Below the pieces are notes generated by a model. That model had not been told where the DNA came from, did not search any database, and worked only from the letters and a program-made list of their open reading frames with translations. Shown here one piece after another: positions 63,946 through 64,000 of a stretch of DNA of 64,000 nt (position 1 is its first letter; every line of letters starts with the position of its first letter). Source of the stretch: a virus; IMG/VR virus record IMGVR_UViG_3300025030_000093, positions 2,507 through 66,506 of that record, one strand, 5' to 3'. Position numbers and translations under genes: made by a program.

Positions 63946-64000
63946 AGATCAGCCTCTTTCTGCTCTTTTTTGATAATATTTTAAGGTTGGAACATCAAAC

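Noticed and set aside
1-64000. Genome-wide stop-codon reassignment
   Set aside because: Core genes are intact in code 11, and TAA, TAG and TGA all end genes, often with coupled downstream starts.
1-64000. CRISPR array, DGR/retron, integrase or transposase
   Set aside because: No regularly spaced repeats and no reverse transcriptase, recombinase or transposase motifs seen in this window.

Overview
The whole window is part of a tailed dsDNA phage genome with a podovirus-type (P22-like tail machine, Mu-gpT/HTVC010P-like capsid) structural module, read in genetic code 11. 1-16.5 kb (+): recombination and nucleotide-metabolism arm (YqaJ-like tail, RecT, HNH, nucleoside deoxyribosyltransferase-like, RuvC-like, two SSBs, dNMP kinase, metallophosphoesterase, many small ORFs). 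16.6-54.6 kb (-): morphogenesis and lysis arm (amidase, TerS, TerL, portal, GroES, scaffold, major capsid, three tandem gp4-like adaptors, gp10-like hub, ejection proteins including a 2129-aa protein, head-binding fibre, secreted-type proteins). 55.1-61.2 kb (+): early small-gene island preceded by two sigma54-type promoter motifs. 61.3-64 kb (-): DnaB-like helicase and a replication initiator with internal iterons. Most unusual: (i) a dispersed set of non-canonical tRNA-like and structured RNAs (two sharing an 8/5 acceptor-T helix, a D-arm-less RNA with Ala identity marks and a Gln anticodon, a UUA ochre-suppressor-like tRNA, a compact tRNA-Met); (ii) three gp4-like paralogs in one reading frame separated only by single TAA stops and carrying shared, nested inserted domains; (iii) signal-peptide-bearing proteins in the tail-fibre locus. 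All family calls are from motif recognition by eye; no database searches were run.
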